Shown one piece after another: positions 1 through 9,433 of a stretch of 64,000 nucleotides of DNA (positions within the stretch are counted from its first letter, which is position 1; each line of letters starts with the position of its first letter). The stretch is from Dehalococcoidia bacterium. GTDB taxonomy: Bacteria; Chloroflexota; Dehalococcoidia; Lucifugimonadales; UBA1123. The notes beneath the pieces are model-generated. The model was not told the DNA's origin, did not search any database, and was given only the letters and a program-made list of their open reading frames with translations. Where the stretch lies: contig OY762210.1 of assembly GCA_963665255.1 (NCBI GenBank), forward strand, positions 2,280,293 to 2,344,292. The letters are read 5' to 3'. Both the position numbers and the translations under genes were made by a program.

Positions 1-683
1 GCGCCGGACTCGTGTGCGATGATCTCAGCCTCGATGTCACGTGGCGGGTAGTCGAACTCAATCGAGATGAACCGCTGCCTCGTGCTGTGCTTGAGGTCCT
101 TCAGTGCGCTCTGATAGCCCGGGTTGTAGGAGAGGATCAGCAGGAAACCGTCAGCGGCTTCCAGCAGTTCTCCCTTCTTCTCCACTGGCAGTATCCGACG
201 GTGGTCAGTCAAAGGGTGAATCAGGACGGTGGTGTCCTTGCGTGCCTCAACGATTTCGTCCAGGTAGCAGATGCCCCCGGCCTTCACGGCACGTGTCAGG
301 GGGCCGTCTATCCAGACCGTCTCATCGCCTTCGAGCAGGTAGCGACCTACCAGGTCGCTGGCTGTGAGGTCCTCGTGGCAGGCGATCGTAACCAACGGCA
401 GGTGGTCGCGATCATCGGCGGTCGCATTTCCGTTGCCGGACGCGCCGGGAGACGGCTGTTGCCTGACCTTGGTAAGGGGCTGGCCGAGCCTGTAGGACAT
501 ATACTCAACGAATCGGGTCTTGCCGCAGCCGGTCGGGCCCTTGAAGATTACGGGGATCTTCTGAGCGTATGCGGCCTCGAACAGCTCGATCTCATCTCCA
601 ACGGGAACGTAGTACGGTTCCTCAGTGAGGTGATACTCCTCGATAATGTAGCTCCGAAACAGGGTCCGCGTTGGTGATGTCAT
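1..683 (-). CDS. CbbQ/NirQ/NorQ-family AAA+ ATPase (partial, 3' end runs off the window)
   Basis: Manual minus-strand translation from ATG at 683: MTSPTRTLF...[17 protein letters not shown]...[15 protein letters not shown] (Walker A)...[18 protein letters not shown]...DGPLTRAV...[25 protein letters not shown]...SYNPGYQ...LKHSTRQRF. Not in the ORF track. Confidence 0.92.
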   Translation of the reverse strand, partial: MTSPTRTLFRSYIIEEYHLTEEPYYVPVGDEIELFEAAYAQKIPVIFKGPTGCGKTRFVEYMSYRLGQPLTKVRQQPSPGASGNGNATADDRDHLPLVTIACHEDLTASDLVGRYLLEGDETVWIDGPLTRAVKAGGICYLDEIVEARKDTTVLIHPLTDHRRILPVEKKGELLEAADGFLLILSYNPGYQSALKDLKHSTRQRFISIEFDYPPRDIEAEIIAHESG

Positions 684-688
684 CTGGC

Positions 689-1300
689 TTACCGGTCTCC
701 TTGTACTTTCGATGAGACCCGCTGGTCCCAATGTTCCTTGACTGCACTCTTCATCTCTGCCTCGCCGCCATCATTAGCGATAACGATGTCGGCGTGGGTT
801 ACTCGCTCTTCCTGTGGCATCTGCGATTCGACCCTGGCACGTGCCTGCTCCGGCGACATACCCCTACCCGTCAACCTCGAATACACCTGCTCAATTGGCG
901 ATGTCAGTACCCATATGTCGTCTACGAGGAGAGTCCACCCTGCCTCGATCAGCAATGCGGCCTCGACGACAACGGCGGTAATACCCTCAGCCTTGAGACC
1001 CTCGATACGGTCGCTGATCATAGCATAGATGCGAGGATGAACGATGGAGTTGAGCTGCTCCAGCTTGGACGGATCACTGAAGACGATCGCTCCAAGCTTA
1101 GGTCGCACAATCTGACCTTCGTCGTCGAGTATGTCCGTCCCGAAGGCGTCAACCACCGCCTGCCAAGTCTCGGTGTGAGGGAGGTAGGCTTCGTGCCCCA
1201 CAAGGTCAGCATTTATAATTGTCGCCCCGAACTCGCGGAGCGTTTCCGACACCAGCGTCTTGCCCGTGGCAATTCCGCCCGTGAGGCCGATAACGAACAT
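689..1300 (-). CDS. coaE: Dephospho-CoA kinase
   Basis: [16 protein letters not shown]-loop, ADLVGH, LNSIVHP, EAALLIE; ATG at 1300. Confidence 0.95.
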   Translation of the reverse strand: MFVIGLTGGIATGKTLVSETLREFGATIINADLVGHEAYLPHTETWQAVVDAFGTDILDDEGQIVRPKLGAIVFSDPSKLEQLNSIVHPRIYAMISDRIEGLKAEGITAVVVEAALLIEAGWTLLVDDIWVLTSPIEQVYSRLTGRGMSPEQARARVESQMPQEERVTHADIVIANDGGEAEMKSAVKEHWDQRVSSKVQGDR

Positions 1301-1441
1301 ACACCTGACCGTCAATTGGGAAAGTCATCACATTCTACTAAAGCCACAGAAATAGGGTCAACTTTGGGTGCCGATGAGGCGTGGCCCAGCCCGTCAGCCG
1401 TCGGTATATAATTCACACACATACAGAGCTGCGGAGTTCCT

Positions 1442-2812
1442 ATGGTCTCAAGATTTCGAGCGTTGCCGTCCGTAAATGACGTGCTGAGTGATCCCCGAAT
1501 TACCGAGCTTGTCGAGAAGTACTCGCACGAGGCAATAGTGGACATTGTGCGGGAGGAGCTGGACGGAGCCAGAAGTTCGATCAGCTCCGGCGGTGATCCC
1601 CCTGATGCGGACGCACTGACCGAGTCCGTGGCAGCCGAGGCAGAGTCCAGGTGGCGGCCATGGCCACAGGGCGTGATAAACGCCACGGGGGTCGTACTGC
1701 ACACAAACCTCGGAAGGGCCCCGCTAAGCAGCAGCAGTTTCGAGGCCATGAGAGTCGCGGCTGCCGGATATAGCGACCTCGAATTCGACCTTGCGGCAGG
1801 CAAGCGGGGTTCTAGGCAGCAGCACGTCTCGAACCTGATCTGCCAGGCGACCGGTGCCCAGGCTGCGTTGGCGGTCAATAACAATGCGTCGGCCGTGATG
1901 CTCGGACTTGCAGCAATTGCCACCGGTAAGGAGGTGATCGTTTCGAGGGGTGAGGCCGTCGAGATCGGCGGCGGATTCAGGATTCCTGACGTACTGAGCC
2001 AGAGTGGGGCGACTCTTGTTGAAGTTGGAACCACCAACCGTACGTATGCCTCTGACTTCGCCTCTGCCATCAACGAACGAACAGGTGCGATCCTGTCCGT
2101 CCACGCCTCTAACTTCAGGGTCATGGGATTTACGCATGCGCCGACGACAGCGGAACTCGTGAACGTTGGGGAGAGTTCGGGCGTGCCGGTGCTTCACGAT
2201 CTGGGGAGTGGATGTCTGCTGGATTCGAGTAAGTATGGGCTTGCGCACGAGCCGATGCCGCAGGAGAGCGTCACAGCAGGCGTCGCGCTTAGCTTCTTCT
2301 CCGGAGACAAACTGCTGGGCGGTCCTCAAGCAGGAATTATTGCCGGTCAGAGCGACTACGTTGCCACAGTGTCGCGACACCCATTGGCCAGGGCAGTCAG
2401 GATTGACAAGCTGAGCATGGCGGCCCTGTCAGCAACTCTTCTCCACTACATCAATGGAGACCCCGAATCTCAGGTCCCCATATGGCGGATGATCTCGGCC
2501 ACGATAGCCGAACTGACAGCACGCGCCGATCGATGGAAGTCGGTTGCCGGTCCGTGGGCAAGTGTCGTCAGTGCAAGATCGGCCATAGGCGGGGGCAGTC
2601 TGCCGGGGGAGACACTGGAATCCGTCGCGCTTCGCATCGACTGCAACGAGTTGGGTACTACCCCTGACGTCGTTCTCAGCGAGCTAAGGAAGGGAACGCC
2701 GCCGGTCATTGGGAGGATCGAGGATGACGGTGTCATGCTGGATCCCAGGACTGTACTGCCTGAACAGGACGAGGCGGTTGCCGGCTCCATACAGCGCCTC
2801 ATGAGTGTGTGA
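1442..2812 (+). CDS. selA: L-seryl-tRNA(Sec) selenium transferase
   Basis: INATGVVLHTNLGRAP, VNNNA, SRGEAVEIGGGFRIP, EVGTTN, PLP-lysine motif SGDKLLGGPQAG. Confidence 0.97.
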   Translation: MVSRFRALPSVNDVLSDPRITELVEKYSHEAIVDIVREELDGARSSISSGGDPPDADALTESVAAEAESRWRPWPQGVINATGVVLHTNLGRAPLSSSSFEAMRVAAAGYSDLEFDLAAGKRGSRQQHVSNLICQATGAQAALAVNNNASAVMLGLAAIATGKEVIVSRGEAVEIGGGFRIPDVLSQSGATLVEVGTTNRTYASDFASAINERTGAILSVHASNFRVMGFTHAPTTAELVNVGESSGVPVLHDLGSGCLLDSSKYGLAHEPMPQESVTAGVALSFFSGDKLLGGPQAGIIAGQSDYVATVSRHPLARAVRIDKLSMAALSATLLHYINGDPESQVPIWRMISATIAELTARADRWKSVAGPWASVVSARSAIGGGSLPGETLESVALRIDCNELGTTPDVVLSELRKGTPPVIGRIEDDGVMLDPRTVLPEQDEAVAGSIQRLMSV

Positions 2813-2821
2813 CACGCCCAC

Positions 2822-4153
2822 ATGACCCTCTTCGATCACAGGCGGCGAGAACAGTTGCAAAGTGTAGCGCCGCTCGCCGAACGTATGCGCCCCCGCAGCC
2901 TCGATGAGTTCGTCGGACAGGAGCACATTGTTGGCAGGGATAGCGTTCTCGCGAGGTCCATTGCCTCAGGCCATGTGCCCTCGATGGTGCTATGGGGTCC
3001 ACCAGGATCCGGCAAGACCACACTTGCTCAACTGATTGCGTCGCAGATCGAAGGGCACTTCGACCGTGTTAGCGCGGTGACCTCCGGAGTGGCCGACCTG
3101 CGAAAGATCGTATCTGAGTCTCGTGATCGGCTGGGGATGAACGGAACTAGAAGCATCCTGTTCATTGACGAAATACACAGATTCAGCAAGTCGCAGCAGG
3201 ACGTCATCCTCCCACACGTCGAAGATGGCTCGGTAATCCTGATCGGCGCTACCACTGAGAACCCATCCTTCGAAGTGATATCTCCCCTGCTCTCCAGGGC
3301 CAGGGTTTACGTGCTCAAGCAACTGAATGGAGAGCAGGTCTCCGACATTCTCGACAGCGCAATGGCAGACGCTGACAGGGGCATCGGAGAACTCAGGCCT
3401 TGCCTCGATTTAGATGCCCGCAACGCGCTCATATCGCTCAGCAATGGCGACGCCCGCTCCGCGCTCAACACACTTGAGCTGGCTGTTCATGCAACGATCC
3501 CCGATGAGAGTGGCGACCGTACCGTTTCACTGGAGACCGTAGAAGACGCAATCCAGCGTCGAGCATCCATCTACGATCGTTCCGGAGACCAGCACTACGA
3601 CACCATCTCCGCCTTCATAAAGTCAGTACGGGCGTCAGACCCGGATGCAGCAATCTACTGGCTGGCACGAATGGTGGTTTCGGGTGAGGATCCGGTCTTC
3701 ATTGCCCGGCGACTGGTCATCCTGGCGGCAGAGGACATAGGTCTGGCCGATCCAGGAGCACTGTCCATAGCCGTGGCAGCCCAGCAGGCCGTGAGCCTGG
3801 TCGGTATGCCGGAAGGAAGAATCCCGCTGGCTGAGGCGACTGTTTACCTGGCAACGGCTCCGAAGAGTAACCGCGCCTACGCCGCCATTGGAGAAGCTGT
3901 CAAAGACGCTGAGCGAACGACTAATGAACCCGTACCCCTGCATCTGCGCAACGCTGTCACCGGGCTAATGCGAGACTTGGACTACGGAAAGGGCTACGAG
4001 TACGCCCACGACCACGAGGGCGGCTTCACCCCCACGCACAACCTCCCGGACAATCTAAAGGGCCGCCGGTACTACCTGCCTTCAGACCTGGGGTACGAGT
4101 CAGAGGTTGGCGACAGGATGAAACTCTGGTGGGGAGACAGGGCCGGTGAATGA
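2822..4153 (+). CDS. rarA: Replication-associated recombination protein A (MgsA)
   Basis: PLAERMRP, WGPPGSGKTT, FIDEIHRF, GATTENPSF, SAFIKSVR.SDPDAA, EDIGLADP. Confidence 0.95.
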   Translation: MTLFDHRRREQLQSVAPLAERMRPRSLDEFVGQEHIVGRDSVLARSIASGHVPSMVLWGPPGSGKTTLAQLIASQIEGHFDRVSAVTSGVADLRKIVSESRDRLGMNGTRSILFIDEIHRFSKSQQDVILPHVEDGSVILIGATTENPSFEVISPLLSRARVYVLKQLNGEQVSDILDSAMADADRGIGELRPCLDLDARNALISLSNGDARSALNTLELAVHATIPDESGDRTVSLETVEDAIQRRASIYDRSGDQHYDTISAFIKSVRASDPDAAIYWLARMVVSGEDPVFIARRLVILAAEDIGLADPGALSIAVAAQQAVSLVGMPEGRIPLAEATVYLATAPKSNRAYAAIGEAVKDAERTTNEPVPLHLRNAVTGLMRDLDYGKGYEYAHDHEGGFTPTHNLPDNLKGRRYYLPSDLGYESEVGDRMKLWWGDRAGE

Positions 4154-4186
4154 GAGAGCGCTGAGGAACGCTAAGCTCCGGACTCT

Positions 4187-5419
4187 CTAGCTGCTTTCCG
4201 CCGGCGCGTGTGTCGACCGGTACTCCACAGGGCGATCGAGACCTGGGGCGAACTTGGCAAGGACCAGGCCTGCGACCATAACAACAACCGCTCCAATTCC
4301 TATAGCGAGCGGCGCCCCAAACCTGCTGGCGAGGGCGCCGGAATGGAATCCTGACATACCGGATACGCCCCACATCATCGCCTGAAAGCTCAGCACTCTT
4401 CCCCTCATTCGTCTGTCGACGCCCGACTGCATTATCGTGTCGCCAGCGGTCTCGTACAGCGTCGTCGACGCCCCAGCAAGACCAAACACTACCAGCGATA
4501 GCGGCAGTGATCTGGAGAGCGAGAAACAGAGCAGAAAGCAGCCGAACCCGAAAATCCCGCCAACCATGAGCCAGCCTTTGTGCCGGACGTTCCCAACGGA
4601 AGACAGCGTCAATGCCGTAATAGCAGCCCCTGCACTGGCCGCAGCGAATAGCAACCCGAGTCCCGTTGCGCCTCCCCCTAGAACGTCCCTAACCACCACG
4701 GGCAGCATCGGCTCGGCCGACCAGCCGAACAGCTCAGTGACCAGGATCACCCCCAGGATAGTTCGGACCAGCGGATGGCGCAGCGAATAGCTGATTCCAG
4801 ATTTCAGTTCGGCCAGGGGCGACCGACGTTCAGGTGACTCGGCCGGCTCCGGAAGACGGACCATGCTCATCACTGCGACGCTGGTAAAGTCTCCGAGGGC
4901 AATGACCACGTACGCCCATTCGATGCCAATAACGTCCACGGCTGGGCCGATCAACAGGGGTACCACCACACCCACGACTGTCATCGACGCCATGCGAGCC
5001 GCCATTGCCGCGAGAAGGTGCTCCCCACCCGCAATGTCCATGGCAAGGGTCTTCATACCCGGCATACGTGTTGCCCCTGTAGCGGCGGTCGCAACAGCGA
5101 AGGCAAGCACGTGCCAGAGTTCCACCGAGTCAGTGAACGCCAACACGGCGAGAGCTGCGGCTGACACACCCCTTATCAGGGACGCAATCCGGATCACATC
5201 GATCTTGCGGAATCGGTCGATCAACACGCCACCCCAGGGCGCGAAGACAGTCATGCCGATACCACCCACTCCTGCGGTTGCACCTACCCAGAAGGGAGAG
5301 TCTGTCACAAGCAGTGCCAGCCAGCCGTGCACCGTGAAGTACGTGATGAGGCTTACGTCGCCAAAGAGTCCCGCTGTCCAGAAGAGACGAAAGCGCGGGT
5401 TGCGGAAGATCAGATGCAT
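4187..5419 (-). CDS. MFS transporter (DUF894/EntS-like)
   Basis: About 12 hydrophobic segments, GGVLIDRFRK motif A, MRGRVLS. Confidence 0.88.
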   Translation of the reverse strand: MHLIFRNPRFRLFWTAGLFGDVSLITYFTVHGWLALLVTDSPFWVGATAGVGGIGMTVFAPWGGVLIDRFRKIDVIRIASLIRGVSAAALAVLAFTDSVELWHVLAFAVATAATGATRMPGMKTLAMDIAGGEHLLAAMAARMASMTVVGVVVPLLIGPAVDVIGIEWAYVVIALGDFTSVAVMSMVRLPEPAESPERRSPLAELKSGISYSLRHPLVRTILGVILVTELFGWSAEPMLPVVVRDVLGGGATGLGLLFAAASAGAAITALTLSSVGNVRHKGWLMVGGIFGFGCFLLCFSLSRSLPLSLVVFGLAGASTTLYETAGDTIMQSGVDRRMRGRVLSFQAMMWGVSGMSGFHSGALASRFGAPLAIGIGAVVVMVAGLVLAKFAPGLDRPVEYRSTHAPAESS

Positions 5420-5448
5420 AGGACAACCATGCGATAGTCCATCAAATG

Positions 5449-5482
5449 AAAAGGGGCGGGTCGTTCAATCGGCGACCCGCCC
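5449..5482 (-). terminator. Intrinsic terminator after ltaE
   Basis: 10-bp stem GGGCGGGTCG/CGACCCGCCC followed by a short T-run on the minus strand. Confidence 0.65.
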
Positions 5483-5513
5483 AGTGTAACTGTAACTCGG
5501 ATTCAGGTCCGAC

Positions 5514-6545
5514 TCAGTCGCCGGAGAACACGTCTCTGACGGTCTCCAGGGTGTAATCTATGTCTTCCTCGGTGATGCCATAGTGGGTGACGTACCGCCA
5601 GCGTCTGCCGCCACCGCCGCCCTTGACGCCACGCTCGACCAGTTTTCTGTGAAGGTCAGACCAGTCTGCCCGCTCGATTTCGAAGAAGACGAGGTTTGTA
5701 GGCAGCGCATCAGGGTCGATGTCGATGCCATCTATCTCGGCAAGGCCTTCGGAAAGTTTCCTGGCGTTAGCGTGGTCTTCGGCAAGCCTGTCGACCATAG
5801 AGTCGAGCGCTACGACTCCGGCAGCAGCCAGCACACCGGCCTGCCTCATGCTGCCACCGACCATCTTGCGCCAGCGGCGCGCCTCCTGGATGTAGTCCTC
5901 TGAACCAACGATCACAGAACCCACAGGGCAGCTCAGACCTTTTGAGAGACAGAACGTGACCGAGTCTGCTTCACGGGTCAGTTCAGATACCGGCGCCTCA
6001 AGGGCGACGGCCGAATTGAAGATACGGGCACCATCTACGTGTACATTAAGGCCATGCTCGTGAGCAACGGAGGCTACTGAGTGCATGTCGTCCTGTGTCA
6101 GGGTCGCCCCACCGCAGGCGTTCTGGGTGTTTTCGAGGCACACCAATGCGGTGCGTGGCATGTGAGGGTCGCTTGGTCGAATGGCTGCGCGCACGTCATC
6201 TGGATCCAGCATCCCGCGCTCATCATTGGGGATCGTGTGGAACGAGATGCCACCCAAAACCGACGAACCCCCCGCCTCGCTGCGGAAGATATGGGCCTGG
6301 TTGCCCAGAATGATCTCATCACCTCGCTGAGCGTGGGCCAGCACGGAAACAAGGTTGCCCATGGTGCCACTGGCTACGAAAACTGCGGCCTCTTTGCCGA
6401 ACCTTTCAGCCGCCATGGCCTCCAGCCGGTTCAAGGTAGGGTCTTCTCCGTAGACATCGTCACCCAGCTCAGCTTCGTACATAGCCTGCCTCATTTCGGG
6501 CGACGGCATGGTGACCGTATCGCTCCGCAGGTCGACAACACGCAT
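5514..6545 (-). CDS. ltaE: Low-specificity L-threonine aldolase
   Basis: DLRSDTVT, GDDVYGED, SGTMGN, HVDGARIFN, CLSKGLSCPVGS; GGAGG RBS before ATG at 6545. Confidence 0.94.
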   Translation of the reverse strand: MRVVDLRSDTVTMPSPEMRQAMYEAELGDDVYGEDPTLNRLEAMAAERFGKEAAVFVASGTMGNLVSVLAHAQRGDEIILGNQAHIFRSEAGGSSVLGGISFHTIPNDERGMLDPDDVRAAIRPSDPHMPRTALVCLENTQNACGGATLTQDDMHSVASVAHEHGLNVHVDGARIFNSAVALEAPVSELTREADSVTFCLSKGLSCPVGSVIVGSEDYIQEARRWRKMVGGSMRQAGVLAAAGVVALDSMVDRLAEDHANARKLSEGLAEIDGIDIDPDALPTNLVFFEIERADWSDLHRKLVERGVKGGGGGRRWRYVTHYGITEEDIDYTLETVRDVFSGD

Positions 6546-6655
6546 TCTCAAATTCCTCCGGCTGAAAGGTGACGTACGGTAGCCCCGAGACGCTCGGCCC
6601 ATTCTAGCAACCTGCCTTGTCAAACGCTACATCGTGACCTTAACATGATCCTGTT

Positions 6656-7306
6656 TTGACCACGATTGCAGAACCACTGACCATATCCAGCGGCGACCTT
6701 CAACTGGAAGCCCTGCTCGAACGTCCCAGCGGTCACTCAGACCCGGTCCCCGGCGTGGTGATCTGTCACCCCCATCCGCGGCAGAGTGGCAACATGTACT
6801 CTAACGTGGTCATCGGAGTTGCAGACCGCCTGACAGCCAATGGTTTCGCTGTGCTCAGGTTCAACTTCCGTGGTGTCGGAGAGAGCGAGGGGGCATTCGA
6901 CTGGGGTTCGGGTGAAACTGACGACGCCGAAGCCGCTCTGGAAGAGCTGTCACTAGCCGAAGGTGTCGACGCTAGTCGAATTGGACTGGCCGGTTACAGT
7001 TTTGGAGCCGCGGTCGCCCTACAGGCCGCCATGAGTTCTCCAACTATCCAGGCAGTCGCGACGATAGCCTGTCCAGCAGCGCAGGTACGGGCTTTCAGCG
7101 GGCTCGAGATACTCCAGCCCAAGCTCTTCGTCCTGGGGGACCACGACCACAACTTCCCAATCGACCAGTTCAGGTTTCTAACCAGGCGCTACGCCGACCC
7201 GTGCGACGCCGAGGTCATCAAGGGGGCGGACCACTTCTTCAGGGGGTCAGAATCCGAGGTGGGAGACATTGCGTCACGCTTCTTCACAACCTGGCTGAAA
7301 CGGTAG
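6656..7306 (+). CDS. Alpha/beta-fold hydrolase (COG2945-like), copy 1
   Basis: CHPHP, RFNFRGVG, nucleophile GYSFG, ADHFF. Confidence 0.88.
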   Translation: MTTIAEPLTISSGDLQLEALLERPSGHSDPVPGVVICHPHPRQSGNMYSNVVIGVADRLTANGFAVLRFNFRGVGESEGAFDWGSGETDDAEAALEELSLAEGVDASRIGLAGYSFGAAVALQAAMSSPTIQAVATIACPAAQVRAFSGLEILQPKLFVLGDHDHNFPIDQFRFLTRRYADPCDAEVIKGADHFFRGSESEVGDIASRFFTTWLKR

Positions 7307-7308
7307 CC

Positions 7309-7950
7309 ATGAGACAGTCTGCCATAGGCTTCTACAGCAAAAAGCTCGAACTCGAGGGGATAATCGGAGCGCCGCAGGACCCTGGAGCGAAAGGGATTCC
7401 CGCTGTAGTCGCGTGCCATTCTCACCCGATGCTGGGCGGGAACATGAACGATCCGGTAGTGACAGCGGTGTGCCAATCGGCGGTCCGCGAAGGGATGGCT
7501 GCCCTCAGGTTCAACTTTCGGGGCGTTGGGGACAGCGAGGGCGAGTTCACCAGTGGCAAAGAGGAACACAACGACATCAAGTCGGCCCTTAACGTGATGC
7601 GGAATTGGCCCGCCGTCCACGGAGGCAGAGTCGCGCTGGTGGGCTACTCAACCGGTGCAACGATAATCCTGGATGGACTCCGTCACCTGAAGCGTGCCTC
7701 CGCAATTGTGCTAATCGCGCCGACACTTGGCGCCCTCCGGAACAGGAGATTCAACCGGGACAAGCGTCCTCGCCTGGTGGTGGCGGGTTCCGACGATCGC
7801 GTCGCTCCGTCGCTGGAGATACAGCGTATCCTCGACGAGTGCAGAGGTCCCGTTCAATTCCATGAAGTTGTGGGAGCCGACCACTCAATGCGAGGTTTCC
7901 ACGCTGAGACTGCAGAGGTGTCGGCCGACTTCCTCAAGCGTCATCTGTGA
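7309..7950 (+). CDS. Alpha/beta-fold hydrolase (COG2945-like), copy 2
   Basis: CHSHP, RFNFRGVG, GYSTG, DDR, ADHSM; ATG at 7309 just after the copy-1 stop. Confidence 0.86.
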   Translation: MRQSAIGFYSKKLELEGIIGAPQDPGAKGIPAVVACHSHPMLGGNMNDPVVTAVCQSAVREGMAALRFNFRGVGDSEGEFTSGKEEHNDIKSALNVMRNWPAVHGGRVALVGYSTGATIILDGLRHLKRASAIVLIAPTLGALRNRRFNRDKRPRLVVAGSDDRVAPSLEIQRILDECRGPVQFHEVVGADHSMRGFHAETAEVSADFLKRHL

Positions 7951-8011
7951 CTTTAACTAGCAAACCGAAACGAAAACTACAACGGTAAACCAAACAAACG
8001 AGGAGTTGACA

Positions 8012-9433
8012 GTGTCAGAATCGCAGCAGTTCAGATCGGAGAGAGACTCGATGGGAGAGTTCAGCGTTCCCGTCGATGCCTATTACGGCGCCAATACCAT
8101 GCGCGCCGTATTGAACTTTCCCATCAGCGATCTTCGGTTCAACCGGTCCTTCATCGAGGCCATTGCCTCCATCAAGCTGGCTGCCAGTCAAGTCAACCAC
8201 GAACTCGACTTGCTGGAGGCCAACACAGCAGATGCCATCGCAACAGCGGCACAGGAAGTCGCCCAGGGCGGGTTCGACGACCAGTTCGTCGTCGACATCT
8301 TCCAGACCGGATCGGGGACGTCCACTAACATGAACGCCAACGAGGTCATCTCGAACCGCGCGATAGAAAACCTTGGTGGTGTGAAGGGGTCCCGGGACCC
8401 AGTGCACCCGAATGACCACGTGAACATGGGACAATCGTCCAATGACGTAATCCCAACTGCAATTCACATAGCTGCACTCAAAGCCATCCACAACGACCTG
8501 ATCCCTGCCCTTCAGGAACTACAGGCTGAACTTGAAAAGAAGGGCGAGGAGTTCATGCCGATCCTGAAGACCGGCAGGACACACCTCCAGGACGCCACTC
8601 CTGTCCGGCTTGGACAGGAGTTCGTTGGCCATGCTGGCCAAGTAGAACGCGGAATATCCCGGCTTCGGGGAGCTGAGAACGAGCTCTCCGAGGTGGCGCT
8701 CGGTGGGACGGCTGTCGGCACCGGCGTGAACGTGCACCCCGAGTTCTCCGCCAGGGTCTGCGGGAGACTGTCAGACATGCTGGGAGTCCCAGTTCGTGAG
8801 ACGTCCAACCACTTCCAGGCGCAGAGCACGCTCGACAACATCGTCGCTGCCAGCGGGGCGCTGAAGACCGTTGCCGTCAGCTTGATGAAGATCAGCAATG
8901 ACATCAGGTGGTTGGGATCGGGCCCACGCGCCGGCCTGGGCGAGATCATGCTGCCTGAGGTCCAGCCTGGTAGCTCGATAATGCCCGGCAAGGTCAACCC
9001 TGTTATCCCAGAGTCCGTATGCCAGGTCGCAGCTCACGTGATTGGAAACGACGCTGCCGTCGCAGTAGCCGGCCAGTCGGGCAACTTCGAAATCAATGTC
9101 ATGATGCCAGTTGCTGCGTACAACCTGCTCCAGTCGATAGACCTGTTAGCGGCATCATCACGCAACCTTGCGCGGCAGTGCGTCAGCGGACTCGAGGCGA
9201 CATCTGCAGGTCCTGACATGGTCGACCGGGGACTGGCAATTGTCACCACACTCGTCCCTCACATCGGGTACGACACAGCTGCTGACATCGCCAAGGAGGC
9301 TCAGGCTAGCGGGCAGACCGTCAAGGAGGTCGCGCTGGTCAGGACTGAATTCTCCTCGGAGGAGTTGGACGAGATCCTGGACCCGTCCGGTATGACGGAA
9401 CCTGGGCTGGGCTCCGGAGTCGCGCTCGGTTAA
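8012..9433 (+). CDS. fumC: Class II fumarate hydratase
   Basis: QTGSGTSTNMNANE, HPNDHVN, KTGRTHLQDA, GSSIMPGKVNP; AGGAG RBS fits GTG at 8012 (TTG at 8006 is an alternative). Confidence 0.93.
   Translation: MSESQQFRSERDSMGEFSVPVDAYYGANTMRAVLNFPISDLRFNRSFIEAIASIKLAASQVNHELDLLEANTADAIATAAQEVAQGGFDDQFVVDIFQTGSGTSTNMNANEVISNRAIENLGGVKGSRDPVHPNDHVNMGQSSNDVIPTAIHIAALKAIHNDLIPALQELQAELEKKGEEFMPILKTGRTHLQDATPVRLGQEFVGHAGQVERGISRLRGAENELSEVALGGTAVGTGVNVHPEFSARVCGRLSDMLGVPVRETSNHFQAQSTLDNIVAASGALKTVAVSLMKISNDIRWLGSGPRAGLGEIMLPEVQPGSSIMPGKVNPVIPESVCQVAAHVIGNDAAVAVAGQSGNFEINVMMPVAAYNLLQSIDLLAASSRNLARQCVSGLEATSAGPDMVDRGLAIVTTLVPHIGYDTAADIAKEAQASGQTVKEVALVRTEFSSEELDEILDPSGMTEPGLGSGVALG

Noticed and set aside
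12-677. 221-aa plus-strand ORF
   Set aside because: Antisense shadow of the CbbQ/NorQ gene; no recognisable motifs
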